From assembly GCA_964202905.1 (NCBI GenBank), contig CAXNJO010000001.1, positions 288,001-352,000 of the forward strand: a stretch of 64,000 nt of DNA. The letters are read 5' to 3'. Positions 27,464-36,691 of this stretch are shown here, one piece after another. The translations under genes and the position numbers were made by a program. The notes under the pieces were generated by a model that saw only the letters and a list, made by a program, of their open reading frames with translations, was not told the origin of the DNA and searched no databases. Position 1 is the stretch's first letter, and the number at the start of each line of letters is the position of its first letter. The stretch comes from Polyangiales bacterium. GTDB lineage: Bacteria > Myxococcota_A > Polyangia > Polyangiales > JADJQN01.

Positions 27464-28699
27464 TCAGGGCAGGCGGCAGGCCGCGGGCGAGGCCGTGTAG
27501 GCGCCGCCCGCGTCCGCGCAGATCTCGGCCTCCGTGCGCACGACGCTCCACAGCTTCACCTCGTCGAGGAAGCCGGAGAGCGTCTGCACGCAGCAGTCGG
27601 GGCGGCGCCCGAGCGCGACGCGGGCGGTGCCGTCGACGAGCGGGCCGGGCGCGGGGTGCGCCGTGCCGGTGCCCACCTGCGCGCCGCCGAGGTACGTGCG
27701 GAGCGTCGTGCCGTCCCAGCTCAGCGCGAGGTGCTGCCAGGCGCGGACGGCGAGCGGCGCGCCGGGTGCGTCGCGCAGCCAGCCATCCTCGACGCCGCCG
27801 ACGCCGGCCGCCGTGCGCACGTACGAGACCACGTTGCACGCGGGGTCGAAGCCGAGGAGGAACTCGCCTTCCTTGCCGACGGCGACGTTGAAGCCGTCGA
27901 AGCCGGGCACCGCGCGCGTGCAGTTGTCCACGCGGACCCACGCCTCCGCGGTGAACGCGCTCCCGAAGGCGAGCGAGGCGCTGTCGGGGACGTCGGCGCC
28001 CGTCTCGCCGAAGCCGTCGAGACCGAGCGCGAGCCCGCGGCGGCCGGGCACGCCGTACACGACGCGCGACGTCGCCGTCGCGGCGTTGCCGTTGCCGCTC
28101 GTGTCGCGGAGCGCGCCCGCGCGCTCGTCGAGGCGCCACCAGGCCGCGAGACCGCCCGCGCACTCGGGCTCGTCGACGGTGCCGTTGCAGTCGTTGTCGG
28201 CGCCGTCGCAGACCTCGTCGGGGGGCGTGCTCGGCGTGCACAGGTAGGTGCACGCGCCCGCGACGCAGTCGAAGCGCGCGGGGCACGCGGTGTCGCAGCC
28301 GCCGCAATGATCCGCATCGGTCGCCGGGTCTACGCATGCGGCGCCGCAGAGGCGCTCGCCGTCGGCGCAGACCGGCGTGCAGCGGCCCGCGTTGCACGTC
28401 TCGGCCGCGTCGCACGCGTTGCCGCACGCCCCGCAGTGGTAGCGATCCGTCCGCGGATCGACGCAGCCGCCGGCGCACGGCAGGGCCGGCGCCGCACAGC
28501 CGCCGCCGTCCGCCGCGACGTCGGGCACGCAGCGCGCGTCGACGCAGCGCTCGCCGTCCGCGCAGTCGACGGCCGCGCGGCACCCGCCGGGACGCGCGGG
28601 CGCGTCGTCGTCCCCGCAGCCCGCGAGCACCGCGGCGAGCGAAGCCGCCAGCAAGAACACGACGCGCGCGGCGCGACGCCGGGGATCGATGCGGCTCAT
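27464..28699 (-). CDS. Lipoprotein with Cys-rich repeats and LamG-like jellyroll domain
   Basis: LAGC lipobox; HCGACGNAC repeats; EVCDGADNDCNGTVDE; WWRLDE, FTAEAWV, WQHLALSWDG, GFLDEVKLW. Confidence 0.85.
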   Translation of the reverse strand: MSRIDPRRRAARVVFLLAASLAAVLAGCGDDDAPARPGGCRAAVDCADGERCVDARCVPDVAADGGGCAAPALPCAGGCVDPRTDRYHCGACGNACDAAETCNAGRCTPVCADGERLCGAACVDPATDADHCGGCDTACPARFDCVAGACTYLCTPSTPPDEVCDGADNDCNGTVDEPECAGGLAAWWRLDERAGALRDTSGNGNAATATSRVVYGVPGRRGLALGLDGFGETGADVPDSASLAFGSAFTAEAWVRVDNCTRAVPGFDGFNVAVGKEGEFLLGFDPACNVVSYVRTAAGVGGVEDGWLRDAPGAPLAVRAWQHLALSWDGTTLRTYLGGAQVGTGTAHPAPGPLVDGTARVALGRRPDCCVQTLSGFLDEVKLWSVVRTEAEICADAGGAYTASPAACRLP

Positions 28700-28797
28700 C
28701 GGGGCACCGTAGCGTCGCGTCGCGGACCCTGTAAAGCAGGGCGCGCCGCGCCCGCAGGCATTGCCGGCGCCGATCCGCGATGCGATCCTGTGTGCCG

Positions 28798-29673
28798 ATG
28801 TCCACTCTCCTCGAGCGCGCGGTGCGGAAGTCCCTCGAGGTGCGCCGCGGCTTCCGCCGCGAGCGTGTCTCCACCTCGCTCGGCGACGTGCACGTGCTGC
28901 ACGGCCCGCGCACCGAAGGTCCGACGCTCGTCATCGTGCATGGGCTGAGCGCGTCGGGGATCTCGTATGCGCCGATGCTGCCGCACCTGCTCGGGCGCGT
29001 GGGGCGCATCGTGCTGCCCGACCTCCCCGGGCACGGCTTCTCCGATCGCTCCGAGGCGCTCGACGCCGCGGCGATGCACGGCGGGCTCACCGAGGCGCTC
29101 GACCGCGTGCTCGATGAACCGTCGTTCATCGTCGGCAACTCGCTCGGCGGCTTCGTCGCGACGCGCTATGCGCTAGCGCGGCCGGAGCGCGTGCGCGGCC
29201 TCGTGCTGCTCTCGCCGGCGGGCGCGCCCTCGACGCAGTCGGAGATCGACGAGGTGCGCCGGATCTTCGCGGTGCGCGGGCACCGCGAGGCGCTCGACTT
29301 CCTCGATCGCCTGCTGATCCGACCCGATCCGCGGCTACGCCACCTCTTCGCGCTCGCCCTGCGGCGGCGGCTCGCGGACCCGCTCATCCACAAGCTCCTG
29401 CACAGCGTGGAGGTCGGCTACGGCATCGAGCCGCACGAGCTCGGCGCGCTCGCGCCGCCGACCCTCTTCGTGTGGGGCACGCACGACCGCATCCTCCCCG
29501 AGCGCCACCGCGAGTACTACCGCGCGCACCTGCCCGCCCACGCGCGCATCGAGACGCCCGACCACTTCGGTCACTCGCCGCACCTCGACAGCCCGCGCCG
29601 CACCGCCGCGCGCATCCTCTCGTTCATCGACGAGGTCGTCGGCACCGAGCCGCGCGCCGCGCACGCGTCGTGA
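28798..29673 (+). CDS. Alpha/beta hydrolase
   Basis: HGLSAS, DLPGHG, GNSLGG nucleophile, WGTHD, GHSPH. Confidence 0.92.
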   Translation: MSTLLERAVRKSLEVRRGFRRERVSTSLGDVHVLHGPRTEGPTLVIVHGLSASGISYAPMLPHLLGRVGRIVLPDLPGHGFSDRSEALDAAAMHGGLTEALDRVLDEPSFIVGNSLGGFVATRYALARPERVRGLVLLSPAGAPSTQSEIDEVRRIFAVRGHREALDFLDRLLIRPDPRLRHLFALALRRRLADPLIHKLLHSVEVGYGIEPHELGALAPPTLFVWGTHDRILPERHREYYRAHLPAHARIETPDHFGHSPHLDSPRRTAARILSFIDEVVGTEPRAAHAS

Positions 29674-29885
29674 GCGCGACGCGCGAGGCATCGGGCGGCG
29701 TGAGCGGGCGCAAGCTCGTGGGCGGCTTCCTCGCCGTGCTCGCGCTCTGCCTCGTCGCGTACGGCTTCCAGCGCTACCGCGTGCTCGCGGAGCGCGACGC
29801 GGCGCGCGCGCGGGAGGCGGCGCGGCGGGGTCGCGGCGCCGCGGTCGACACGCACGCCGCGCCGCCCGCCGGCGACCGGCGCTGA
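29670..29885 (+). CDS. Small single-TM hypothetical protein
   Basis: GTGA overlap with the hydrolase; hydrophobic LVGGFLAVLALCLVAYG. Confidence 0.5.
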   Translation: MSATREASGGVSGRKLVGGFLAVLALCLVAYGFQRYRVLAERDAARAREAARRGRGAAVDTHAAPPAGDRR

Positions 29886-29893
29886 ATGGCGGT

Positions 29894-31975
29894 TCACTCG
29901 CGCGGCAGCTGCGCGCGCGAGAGTCGAAACGGGACGCGCGCGACGCGGATCGCGCGGTCGCCCTGGCTCGCGCTGTCGTAGAGACGCACGGGCGCGCTGC
30001 CCTCGCGCACCGGGGTCGCGCGGAGTCGCGCGCGGAGCGTGAGGCAGCCCGCGGCGTAGTCCTCGCCGGGCGCGCGCCAGGCCGAGCACGCGAGGCCCTC
30101 GTAGAGGTAGAGGCAGCGCGGGGGGTCCGCGAGCAGCGCGTCGAGCGCGGGCTGCCGGTCGGCCGTGCGCCCGTCCGGGAACACGCCGATCGCCCGGAAA
30201 CGCTGCGCTCCGTCGGGTCGCGCGCGCTGACCGATGCGCGAGAACCGCAGCTCGTTTCCGTCGTGCCGGCCGCCCGTGTATTCGAGCACGGTGCACCCCT
30301 CGGGCACGAGGTCGCGCGCGCGCCGGACGAACGCGTACTCCCGCTGCTCGGTGTAGTCGACGTCGTGGATGAAGGCCTGGTGCAGCCACGGTGCGGCGGC
30401 GATCGACACCGCGGCGAGCGCGAGCCAGCGCCGGTGGCGCACCGCCACGCGCGGCACGGCGAGCGCGCCGAGCAGCAGGAAGGGCACGACGAGGTGCATG
30501 TGGTAGCGGGCCTGCATCGACTCCTGCACCACGACGGCGTGCGCGACGACGAAGAGCAGCATCCAGCCGAGCAGATACGCGACGAGGCGCCGCTCGCCCG
30601 CGCGCCACGCGAGCACCGCGCCGATCACGGCGAGCACCAGGAGCGCCGGCGGCGTGCTCGTCGGATCCGTGAGCACGAGCAGACGCGGCGTGAGCAGCAC
30701 GCGGAACACGCTCACGAACCACTCGAGCGGCGCGAGCTGCTCGACCGTGCTGCTCGTGCTGCGCGAAGAAGCGCGACGAGCGCGGCGGCGCCCACGCCGA
30801 GCACGACGGCGAGCGCGACGCGCGCGGCGCAAGCGGGGCGCGCTCGTCACGCGTGCAGCGCGACGATCGCCGCGGCGTACACGCCGATGAAGAGGATGTT
30901 GAGCGGCCGCAGCAGATAGCCCGGGTAGAGCACCGCGGGGAGCGCGAGCAGCAGCAGCCAGCGGACGGCGCGCGCGCGGTCGCGCAGAAGATCCGTGGAT
31001 CAGCGCGAACGCGAGCGAGGTGAGCAGCAGCGAGCCGACGAAGCCATCCTCGGAGATCGAGAAGCGGATGTGCTGCGGGAGAAAGGCCACGGCGAAGGCC
31101 GCGGCGAGCCCCGCGCGCGCATCGCGCAGCAGGTACGTCGCGTGCGCGAAGAGCGCGATCGGCATGAGCACCGCGTACGCGAAGCTCGTCCAGAGCATCA
31201 CGTCGGTGAGGTACACGGTGCGCCCCGCGTGCTCGGCGATCGCGCTCAGCCACGGCCCCTCGGCGACCGCGCGGGCGTGCGGGTACAGGCGGCTCCACGG
31301 CCACGCGCCGAGGAAGGTCTGCGGCGAGAGCGCGAGGCGCACGAGCGCGCCCGCGATCACCGTGCCCGCGAGCCCGGCAGCGAGCCAGCGCGGCTCGCCC
31401 GCGACGAGGCGCGCCGCGAGGAAGAGCGCGAGCAGCGCGAGCGCCGCGATCTGGAGCAGGCCGTCGTGCAGATAGCCGCTGCGCTCGGTCGTGGTGCGCG
31501 CCGTCTCCTCCCAGAAGCCGCCCTGATCGTTGCGGGCGACCGCCGCTGCGAGCGCACGCCGCGCCGCCATCGCCTCGGCCCCCGGCTCCGCGCCGTACAC
31601 GACCGCGAAGCTGCGCGTCCGCGCGTCGCCGCCCAGGGTGTCGTCGGGGTGCTGCAGCGCGAGCGTCGCCTCGCGCGCGTCCGGCGCGCGGAGCGTGATC
31701 GTCACCCGCGTCCGCTCGATCGCGACGCCCCAGAGCGCGTAGCCCCCGGAGACCTCGCCGCCGAGCGTGTACGGCGCGAAGAGCGAGAGCACCCGCGCCT
31801 CGTTCCCGGGCCCGATCGCGTGCGCCTGCGCGCTCGCCCGCGTCGCGCCGCACGCCCACGCGCAGGCCGCCGCGAGCACGGTCGCGAGCACCGCCGCGAG
31901 GAGGTGTGGAGCCGGCGCCAGCGCCCGCGCAGGCCACACCAGACGCGGGCCGGGCGGCACTGAACCACGGTTCAT
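29894..31975 (-). CDS. Polytopic membrane protein (GT-C glycosyltransferase-like) with an internal cluster of indels
   Basis: Many TM helices, LPQHIRFSISED, ARYHM; the coding frame shifts within about 30745-30990. Confidence 0.6.
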   Translation of the reverse strand: MNRGSVPPGPRLVWPARALAPAPHLLAAVLATVLAAACAWACGATRASAQAHAIGPGNEARVLSLFAPYTLGGEVSGGYALWGVAIERTRVTITLRAPDAREATLALQHPDDTLGGDARTRSFAVVYGAEPGAEAMAARRALAAAVARNDQGGFWEETARTTTERSGYLHDGLLQIAALALLALFLAARLVAGEPRWLAAGLAGTVIAGALVRLALSPQTFLGAWPWSRLYPHARAVAEGPWLSAIAEHAGRTVYLTDVMLWTSFAYAVLMPIALFAHATYLLRDARAGLAAAFAVAFLPQHIRFSISEDGFVGSLLLTSLAFALIHGSSARPRARRPLAAAARAPRGALPGLSAAAAQHPLHRRVRRGDRRAARVTSAPRLRRARRARRRARRGRRRARRASSRSTSSTVEQLAPLEWFVSVFRVLLTPRLLVLTDPTSTPPALLVLAVIGAVLAWRAGERRLVAYLLGWMLLFVVAHAVVVQESMQARYHMHLVVPFLLLGALAVPRVAVRHRRWLALAAVSIAAAPWLHQAFIHDVDYTEQREYAFVRRARDLVPEGCTVLEYTGGRHDGNELRFSRIGQRARPDGAQRFRAIGVFPDGRTADRQPALDALLADPPRCLYLYEGLACSAWRAPGEDYAAGCLTLRARLRATPVREGSAPVRLYDSASQGDRAIRVARVPFRLSRAQLPRE

Positions 31976-32038
31976 CGGCGGGGCCGCGGGGTGCACGCCG
32001 GGCCCACTCTACACGGCCGCGCGCGGTATCTTCGCGCG

Positions 32039-32410
32039 ATGAGCACGACCCCGCCGAAGAGCCCCTTCGCCGCCCTCGCCGCGCTGCGCGCGCAGCTCCC
32101 GCCGGGGGAGGCGCCGCCGCCCGAGCCTGCCGCGGACGCGCGCGCGGAGACGCCGGGCACCGCGATCTTCGGCTCCAAGGTCGTGGTCTCGCGCAGCCGC
32201 AAGGGACGCGGCGGACGCACCGTGACGGTCGTCTCCGGGCTGCGCGGGGACGCGGTCGCGCTCGACGAACTCTGCCGCGCGGTGAAGAAGGGACTCGGCT
32301 GCGGTGCGAGCGTCGAGGGCGACACGATCGTCGTCGCCGGCGAGCCCGGCGAGCGGCTGCGCGCTCTGCTGCTCGAGGCGGGCGCACGCGCCGTGATCGT
32401 CGGGAACTGA
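32039..32410 (+). CDS. yciH: Translation initiation factor SUI1/YciH
   Basis: RKGRGGRTVTVVSGL..KKGLGCGASV; SPFAAL N-terminus. Confidence 0.9.
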   Translation: MSTTPPKSPFAALAALRAQLPPGEAPPPEPAADARAETPGTAIFGSKVVVSRSRKGRGGRTVTVVSGLRGDAVALDELCRAVKKGLGCGASVEGDTIVVAGEPGERLRALLLEAGARAVIVGN

Positions 32411-32508
32411 GCGCGGGCCTCGGCGCGCCCGCTCGCGCGGGCATCCATCGCGTCGCGACGCTCCGCGCATCGCTCCGCGCAGCGCGTCACGGCCGACGAT
32501 CCGCGCCC

Positions 32509-34224
32509 TCAGCGACGGCGGAAGAGCTGGATGATCGGCGCGAGGCGGAGGCGCTTGCCCTGCCCGATGAAGTGCCACCACCACGCGGTCGTCCACCCCG
32601 TGACGGCGAGCGCGCCGAGCGCGAGCGCGAGCGCGAGCTTGGCCCACTCGAGCGGGCGCGTGAGCGCGTCGGGCAGCGCGAGCACCCCGGCGACGCTCAT
32701 CGAGGCCGCGAAGATGGCGACCCCGAGCCTCGAGGCGCTCTGGTGCAGGCGGTCGGGCAGAGTGTCGAGCACCGGCATGAGCGGCCGCACCTGCACGTTG
32801 CCCGTCTCGAGGTCGTGCAGGATCTGGTCGAGGTGCGTGGGCACCGTGCGCACGAGGGAGGCGATGCCCGTCGCGCCGCCGAGCGCCTGCTGCAACATCG
32901 CCTGGGGCGCGTAGCGCTCCCCGAAGAGCTTCTCGGCCCAGGGCTTCACGATCGCGACGACGTCCACGTCCGGGTGCAGCCGCCGCACGAGCCCCTCGAC
33001 CGTGGCGATCGACTTCACGAGCACCGAATATTCCGTCGCGAGGCGCACGCGGTGCTTGTGCGCGGCGTTCGCGAACTCCTCGACGAAGCGCTGCGAGTCG
33101 AGGTCCGCGACGCGCTTGACCATCACGTATTGCGCGCGGACGCGCGTGATCTCGCCCTTCAGCTCCGCGATGTTCACGCGCTGCGTCGGCGTCCCCATCT
33201 TGAGCAGCACGCGCGCGACGGTCGCCGCGTCGTCGACGATCGTCGCGAGCACGAGCGTGACGATGTCGTCGCGCTGCTCGGTCGAGAGCGTGCCGACGAG
33301 CCCCAGATCGAGCAGGCAGATCGTGCCGTCCGGCCCGACGAGGATGTTCCCCGCGTGCGGGTCCCCGTGGAAGAAACCATCGACGAGGATGCCCTTCGCC
33401 ATCACGTCGAGGAGCCGCTCGATCACCGCGCGCGCGCGGTCGCTCCGCGGCGTCAGAGCGCGCACGGGCTCGCCCGCGAAGAACGCCATCACGAGCACCG
33501 TGCGGCACGAGAGGTCGGGGTACGGCGTGGGCACGACGACGCCCGGCGTCTCCGCGAGCAGCTGCTGCATGCGGACGAGGTTGGCGAGCTCGGCGGTGAA
33601 GTTGAGCTCGCGCAGGAGCGCCTTCTCGAACTCCGCGATGATCGCGGAGATCCCGAGCAATCGCAGGTCGTCGATGCCCGCCTCGAGGCCGCGCGCCGCG
33701 AGGTAGAGCAGGTCGAGGTCGCCGCGCATCGTCTCGCCGATGCCGGGGCGCTGCACCTTCACGACGACGCGGAGGCCTTCCTGCGTGGTCGCGCGGTGCG
33801 TCTGACCGATGGACGCGGTCGCGAGCGGCGTGTCGTCGAAGTCGGCGAAGACCTCGGCGATCGGGCGGCCGAGGCCCTCCTCGACCATGCGCCGCACGTC
33901 CGCGATCGCGATCGCGGGCGCACGGTCCTGCAAGGACGTGAGCGCCGTGACGTAGTCGCGCGGCAGGAGGTCCGACCGCATCGAGAGGACCTGCCCGAGC
34001 TTGATGAAGGTCGGGCCGAGCGCCCCGAGCAGCCGCGCGAAGCGCTCGGGCGCCGTGCCCTGCTCCTCGACGCGCGCGCGCGCTGCGCCGACGCCGAGCA
34101 CCTGCGCGGCGAAGGGCACGCGCATCAGCACCTCGCCGAAGCCGTGCTTGACGACGATGCCCGCGACGCGCTGCAGGCGCGCCACGTCGCGCGCGGCGAC
34201 GCCGAGGATGCCGGGTTCGCCCAT
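32509..34224 (-). CDS. ABC1/UbiB-family atypical kinase
   Basis: LGPTFIKLGQ, ATASIGQ, VKVQRPG, FFHGDPHAGN, LDLGLVG; two C-terminal TM helices. Confidence 0.93.
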   Translation of the reverse strand: MGEPGILGVAARDVARLQRVAGIVVKHGFGEVLMRVPFAAQVLGVGAARARVEEQGTAPERFARLLGALGPTFIKLGQVLSMRSDLLPRDYVTALTSLQDRAPAIAIADVRRMVEEGLGRPIAEVFADFDDTPLATASIGQTHRATTQEGLRVVVKVQRPGIGETMRGDLDLLYLAARGLEAGIDDLRLLGISAIIAEFEKALLRELNFTAELANLVRMQQLLAETPGVVVPTPYPDLSCRTVLVMAFFAGEPVRALTPRSDRARAVIERLLDVMAKGILVDGFFHGDPHAGNILVGPDGTICLLDLGLVGTLSTEQRDDIVTLVLATIVDDAATVARVLLKMGTPTQRVNIAELKGEITRVRAQYVMVKRVADLDSQRFVEEFANAAHKHRVRLATEYSVLVKSIATVEGLVRRLHPDVDVVAIVKPWAEKLFGERYAPQAMLQQALGGATGIASLVRTVPTHLDQILHDLETGNVQVRPLMPVLDTLPDRLHQSASRLGVAIFAASMSVAGVLALPDALTRPLEWAKLALALALGALAVTGWTTAWWWHFIGQGKRLRLAPIIQLFRRR

Positions 34225-34233
34225 GCGCGCCGC

Positions 34234-34674
34234 TCAGCCCGCGAACTTCTCGATCATCTTGCCGAGGCGCGGCATCGCGGCCTCGACGTTCTTCTTCGCG
34301 GTGCCGCGGAGGCGCTCGTACGTGCCCTTCACGAGCGCGTGCTTCGAGCGCTGCGCCTTGCCGTCCGTGATCGCGAGGAGCGCGTCGGCCGCGGAGCCGG
34401 CGTGCTTCATGAAGTACGCGCCGAGGGGCTCGCCCTTGCTGCGGGCGTCGGCGAAGAGCGGATCGAGCGCCTTCGCGAACTCGGGCACGAGATCGGTCAC
34501 CGCCTGCTTGATGAAGCCGGGCTTGATGCCCTTCACGGCCGCGTAGCCAGCCTTGATCGCGACGCCCGAGAGCCCGCCCTTGTCGGCGACCTCGAGGTCG
34601 ATGAGGCCGCAGCAGTCGTCGACGACGGCCGCCTTCTTCTCCGGGCTCGTGAGCACTTCGACGAGTGTGGTCAT
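34234..34674 (-). CDS. Conserved hypothetical helical protein (DUF6918-like, from recall)
   Basis: EVADKGGLSGVAIKAGY..KPGFI, ADALLAITD, YERLRG.AKKNVEAAMPRL. Confidence 0.7.
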   Translation of the reverse strand: MTTLVEVLTSPEKKAAVVDDCCGLIDLEVADKGGLSGVAIKAGYAAVKGIKPGFIKQAVTDLVPEFAKALDPLFADARSKGEPLGAYFMKHAGSAADALLAITDGKAQRSKHALVKGTYERLRGTAKKNVEAAMPRLGKMIEKFAG

Positions 34675-34733
34675 GCGCGGCTACGTAACGCCGAACCCGC
34701 GAGGCGTCGAGAAAGCCGGTCGATCGCGCGCGG

Positions 34734-35732
34734 TCAGGGCTGACCGGGCCGGTACCAGTCGAAGTCGTTCGGCCGCACGAAGCCGTTGAGCGCGACGCTC
34801 ACGCTGACGTCGAGCGCGCGGACGTGGTGCCACCAGCCGACGGGGATGAACAACATCTCGCCGGGCTCGAGGTCGACGCGCAGGAAGCGCACGTCCGCAC
34901 GCGACGCGGCGGGCTTCTCGGGGTCGAGGCCCGCATACACGCCTACGGCGCCCTCGAGCAGCGCCGTCTCGGTGGGCGCCGCGAGAAAGAAGCGTTTGCG
35001 CCCGTGGAGCTGCGCGAAGAGGATGTTCGAGGTGTCGTGGTGCAGCGGCGTCACCGTGCCCGCGGGGCCGAGCCACAAGGCCGCGCAACCCTTGCTGCGG
35101 CGCGCGTCGAGGATGCCCTCGGGCAGCGCGAGGTCGGCCCAGAGCGGCTGCAGCGCGTCGCGGTCGAGGTTGCGGTTCTGCGCGACCGCATAGAAATCGT
35201 TCGTCTCGCCGGCCGCGAGGAGGCGGTCGACGTAGTCGCGCATCGTCACCGTGCGCGTGTGCGCGGGGGTGTGGCGGTCGTAGTCGGGGTCGGCGTCTCG
35301 ACCGTCGACGATGTCGATCGGCACGTCGCCGTACTGATCGCGGAAGAACGTCGGCGTCCAGCGGCCGAACGCGGGCCAGCGGCGCACGGGCTCGGTGAGC
35401 ACCACGGGGACGCCGCCCGCGACGTAGCGCGCGTAGAACGTGTCGGCACCGACGTCGCCGCGCCGCTCGATCGCAGGGGGGCCCTCCGCCTCCATCGCGC
35501 GACGCAGACGCACGATCATCGCGAGCCGACGCGCCTCGCGCGCGAGGGGCACCGCGCCCGCGAACACGGGCGATTGCGCGACCGCGTCGATCCCGCGGGC
35601 CGCGAGCGCGGCAGGGACACCGGCCTCGACGAGCGTCGCGGCGAGCCGCTCGGGCACGACCCCGCGCAGCAGGTTCTCTGCGACCCACGCCGTGTGCGCG
35701 GGCGAGAGGGCGAGCGGTTCGGACTCCGTCAC
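34734..35732 (-). CDS. JmjC/cupin_8 Fe(II)/2-oxoglutarate oxygenase
   Basis: WLGPAGTVTPLHHD (HxD), GRKRF, PGEMLFIPVGWWHHVRAL; GTG start overlaps the upstream stop. Confidence 0.92.
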   Translation of the reverse strand: MTESEPLALSPAHTAWVAENLLRGVVPERLAATLVEAGVPAALAARGIDAVAQSPVFAGAVPLAREARRLAMIVRLRRAMEAEGPPAIERRGDVGADTFYARYVAGGVPVVLTEPVRRWPAFGRWTPTFFRDQYGDVPIDIVDGRDADPDYDRHTPAHTRTVTMRDYVDRLLAAGETNDFYAVAQNRNLDRDALQPLWADLALPEGILDARRSKGCAALWLGPAGTVTPLHHDTSNILFAQLHGRKRFFLAAPTETALLEGAVGVYAGLDPEKPAASRADVRFLRVDLEPGEMLFIPVGWWHHVRALDVSVSVALNGFVRPNDFDWYRPGQP

Positions 35733-36187
35733 TCGGCCGCAGGCGCGGGCATCGGCGGCGGCATCGGAGGCGGCATCGGAGGCGGCATCGGCGGCGGCAT
35801 CGGAGGCGGCGGCGGCATCGGAGGCACCGGCGGGCCGAGGTCGTCGGCGCCGAGATCCTCGACCCCGAGGTCGCCCGTGCCGAGATCGAGCGGCGGCGGC
35901 ATCGGCGGGATCACGCCGAGGTCCTCGCCGGATGGGCCGAGGTCGCCAGCGCCGAGGTCGCCCGTGCCGAGATCGAGCGGCGGCGGCATCGGCGCGGGCA
36001 TGTCCGGCGCGCCGAGGTCGGGGGGGGTCATGGGCACCGCGTCGTCGTCGTCCCCACACCCGGCGAGGCCGATCGCGAGCGCGAGCGCGGCTCCGCGGAC
36101 GAGCGCCGGGCCCCGCGGCAGCGGCGTGGGCGCGAGCGTGGGGTCGGGGCGCAGCGCGGGATCGGCCGGGGAACGCGGAGGCGACAT
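35729..36187 (-). CDS. Pro/Met-rich low-complexity lipoprotein (DLG and PPMP repeats)
   Basis: AIGLAGC lipobox; PMPPPLDLGTGDLG x2 (43-bp identical repeats at 35865-35907 and 35952-35994); terminal (PPPM)n array; GTGA coupling to JmjC. Confidence 0.75.
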   Translation of the reverse strand: MSPPRSPADPALRPDPTLAPTPLPRGPALVRGAALALAIGLAGCGDDDDAVPMTPPDLGAPDMPAPMPPPLDLGTGDLGAGDLGPSGEDLGVIPPMPPPLDLGTGDLGVEDLGADDLGPPVPPMPPPPPMPPPMPPPMPPPMPPPMPAPAAE

Positions 36188-36323
36188 CGCGGCAGGGTGC
36201 CACGAGCGCCGCGGTCCCGACATCCCGAATCGCCGATGCCCCGGCGACGAGGAGACGTCCACGGGCCGTGCCACGCGACTGCGTGACGCGCGCGACGACC
36301 GCCTCGCGCAGCCTGCACGCGGC

Positions 36324-36602
36324 TCAGGCGACGCGACGCACGCCCTGCGCCGCCGTCTGTGCGGCGAGCGCGGCGGCGACCGCGAGGCCGCGCAGCGTGA
36401 GGCGCGCGCGGCCGGCATCGGCGAGCCCGCGCTGCTCGAGGTGCACGAGCGCGCAGGCGGCCTCGTGGGGCGCGACGCCGAGGCGACGGGCGAGCGTCCC
36501 GGCGTTGAGGCGCGCCTGCGTCGGCGAGAGCGTGTAGAGCACGTCGAGCACGGCGAAGAGGAGCTCGGCGGAGGGGGCGGCGTGGAGCGGGTGGGTCGTC
36601 AT
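36324..36602 (-). CDS. Small winged-helix-like protein
   Basis: AGTLARRLGV....AACALVHLEQRGL....RLTLRGL pattern. Confidence 0.6.
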   Translation of the reverse strand: MTTHPLHAAPSAELLFAVLDVLYTLSPTQARLNAGTLARRLGVAPHEAACALVHLEQRGLADAGRARLTLRGLAVAAALAAQTAAQGVRRVA

Positions 36603-36691
36603 GGGGGGCACTGTGCACCCGACACTGAAAACACGTCCAGTTTCGTGCATTCAGTTTTTCGCGGTGGGCCCGACGATTAGGCTCGCGCCCC

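Noticed and set aside
30848..30850. Selenocysteine or programmed readthrough at the in-frame TGA
   Set aside because: It lies among several nearby indels in a TM region; sequencing error or decay is simpler.
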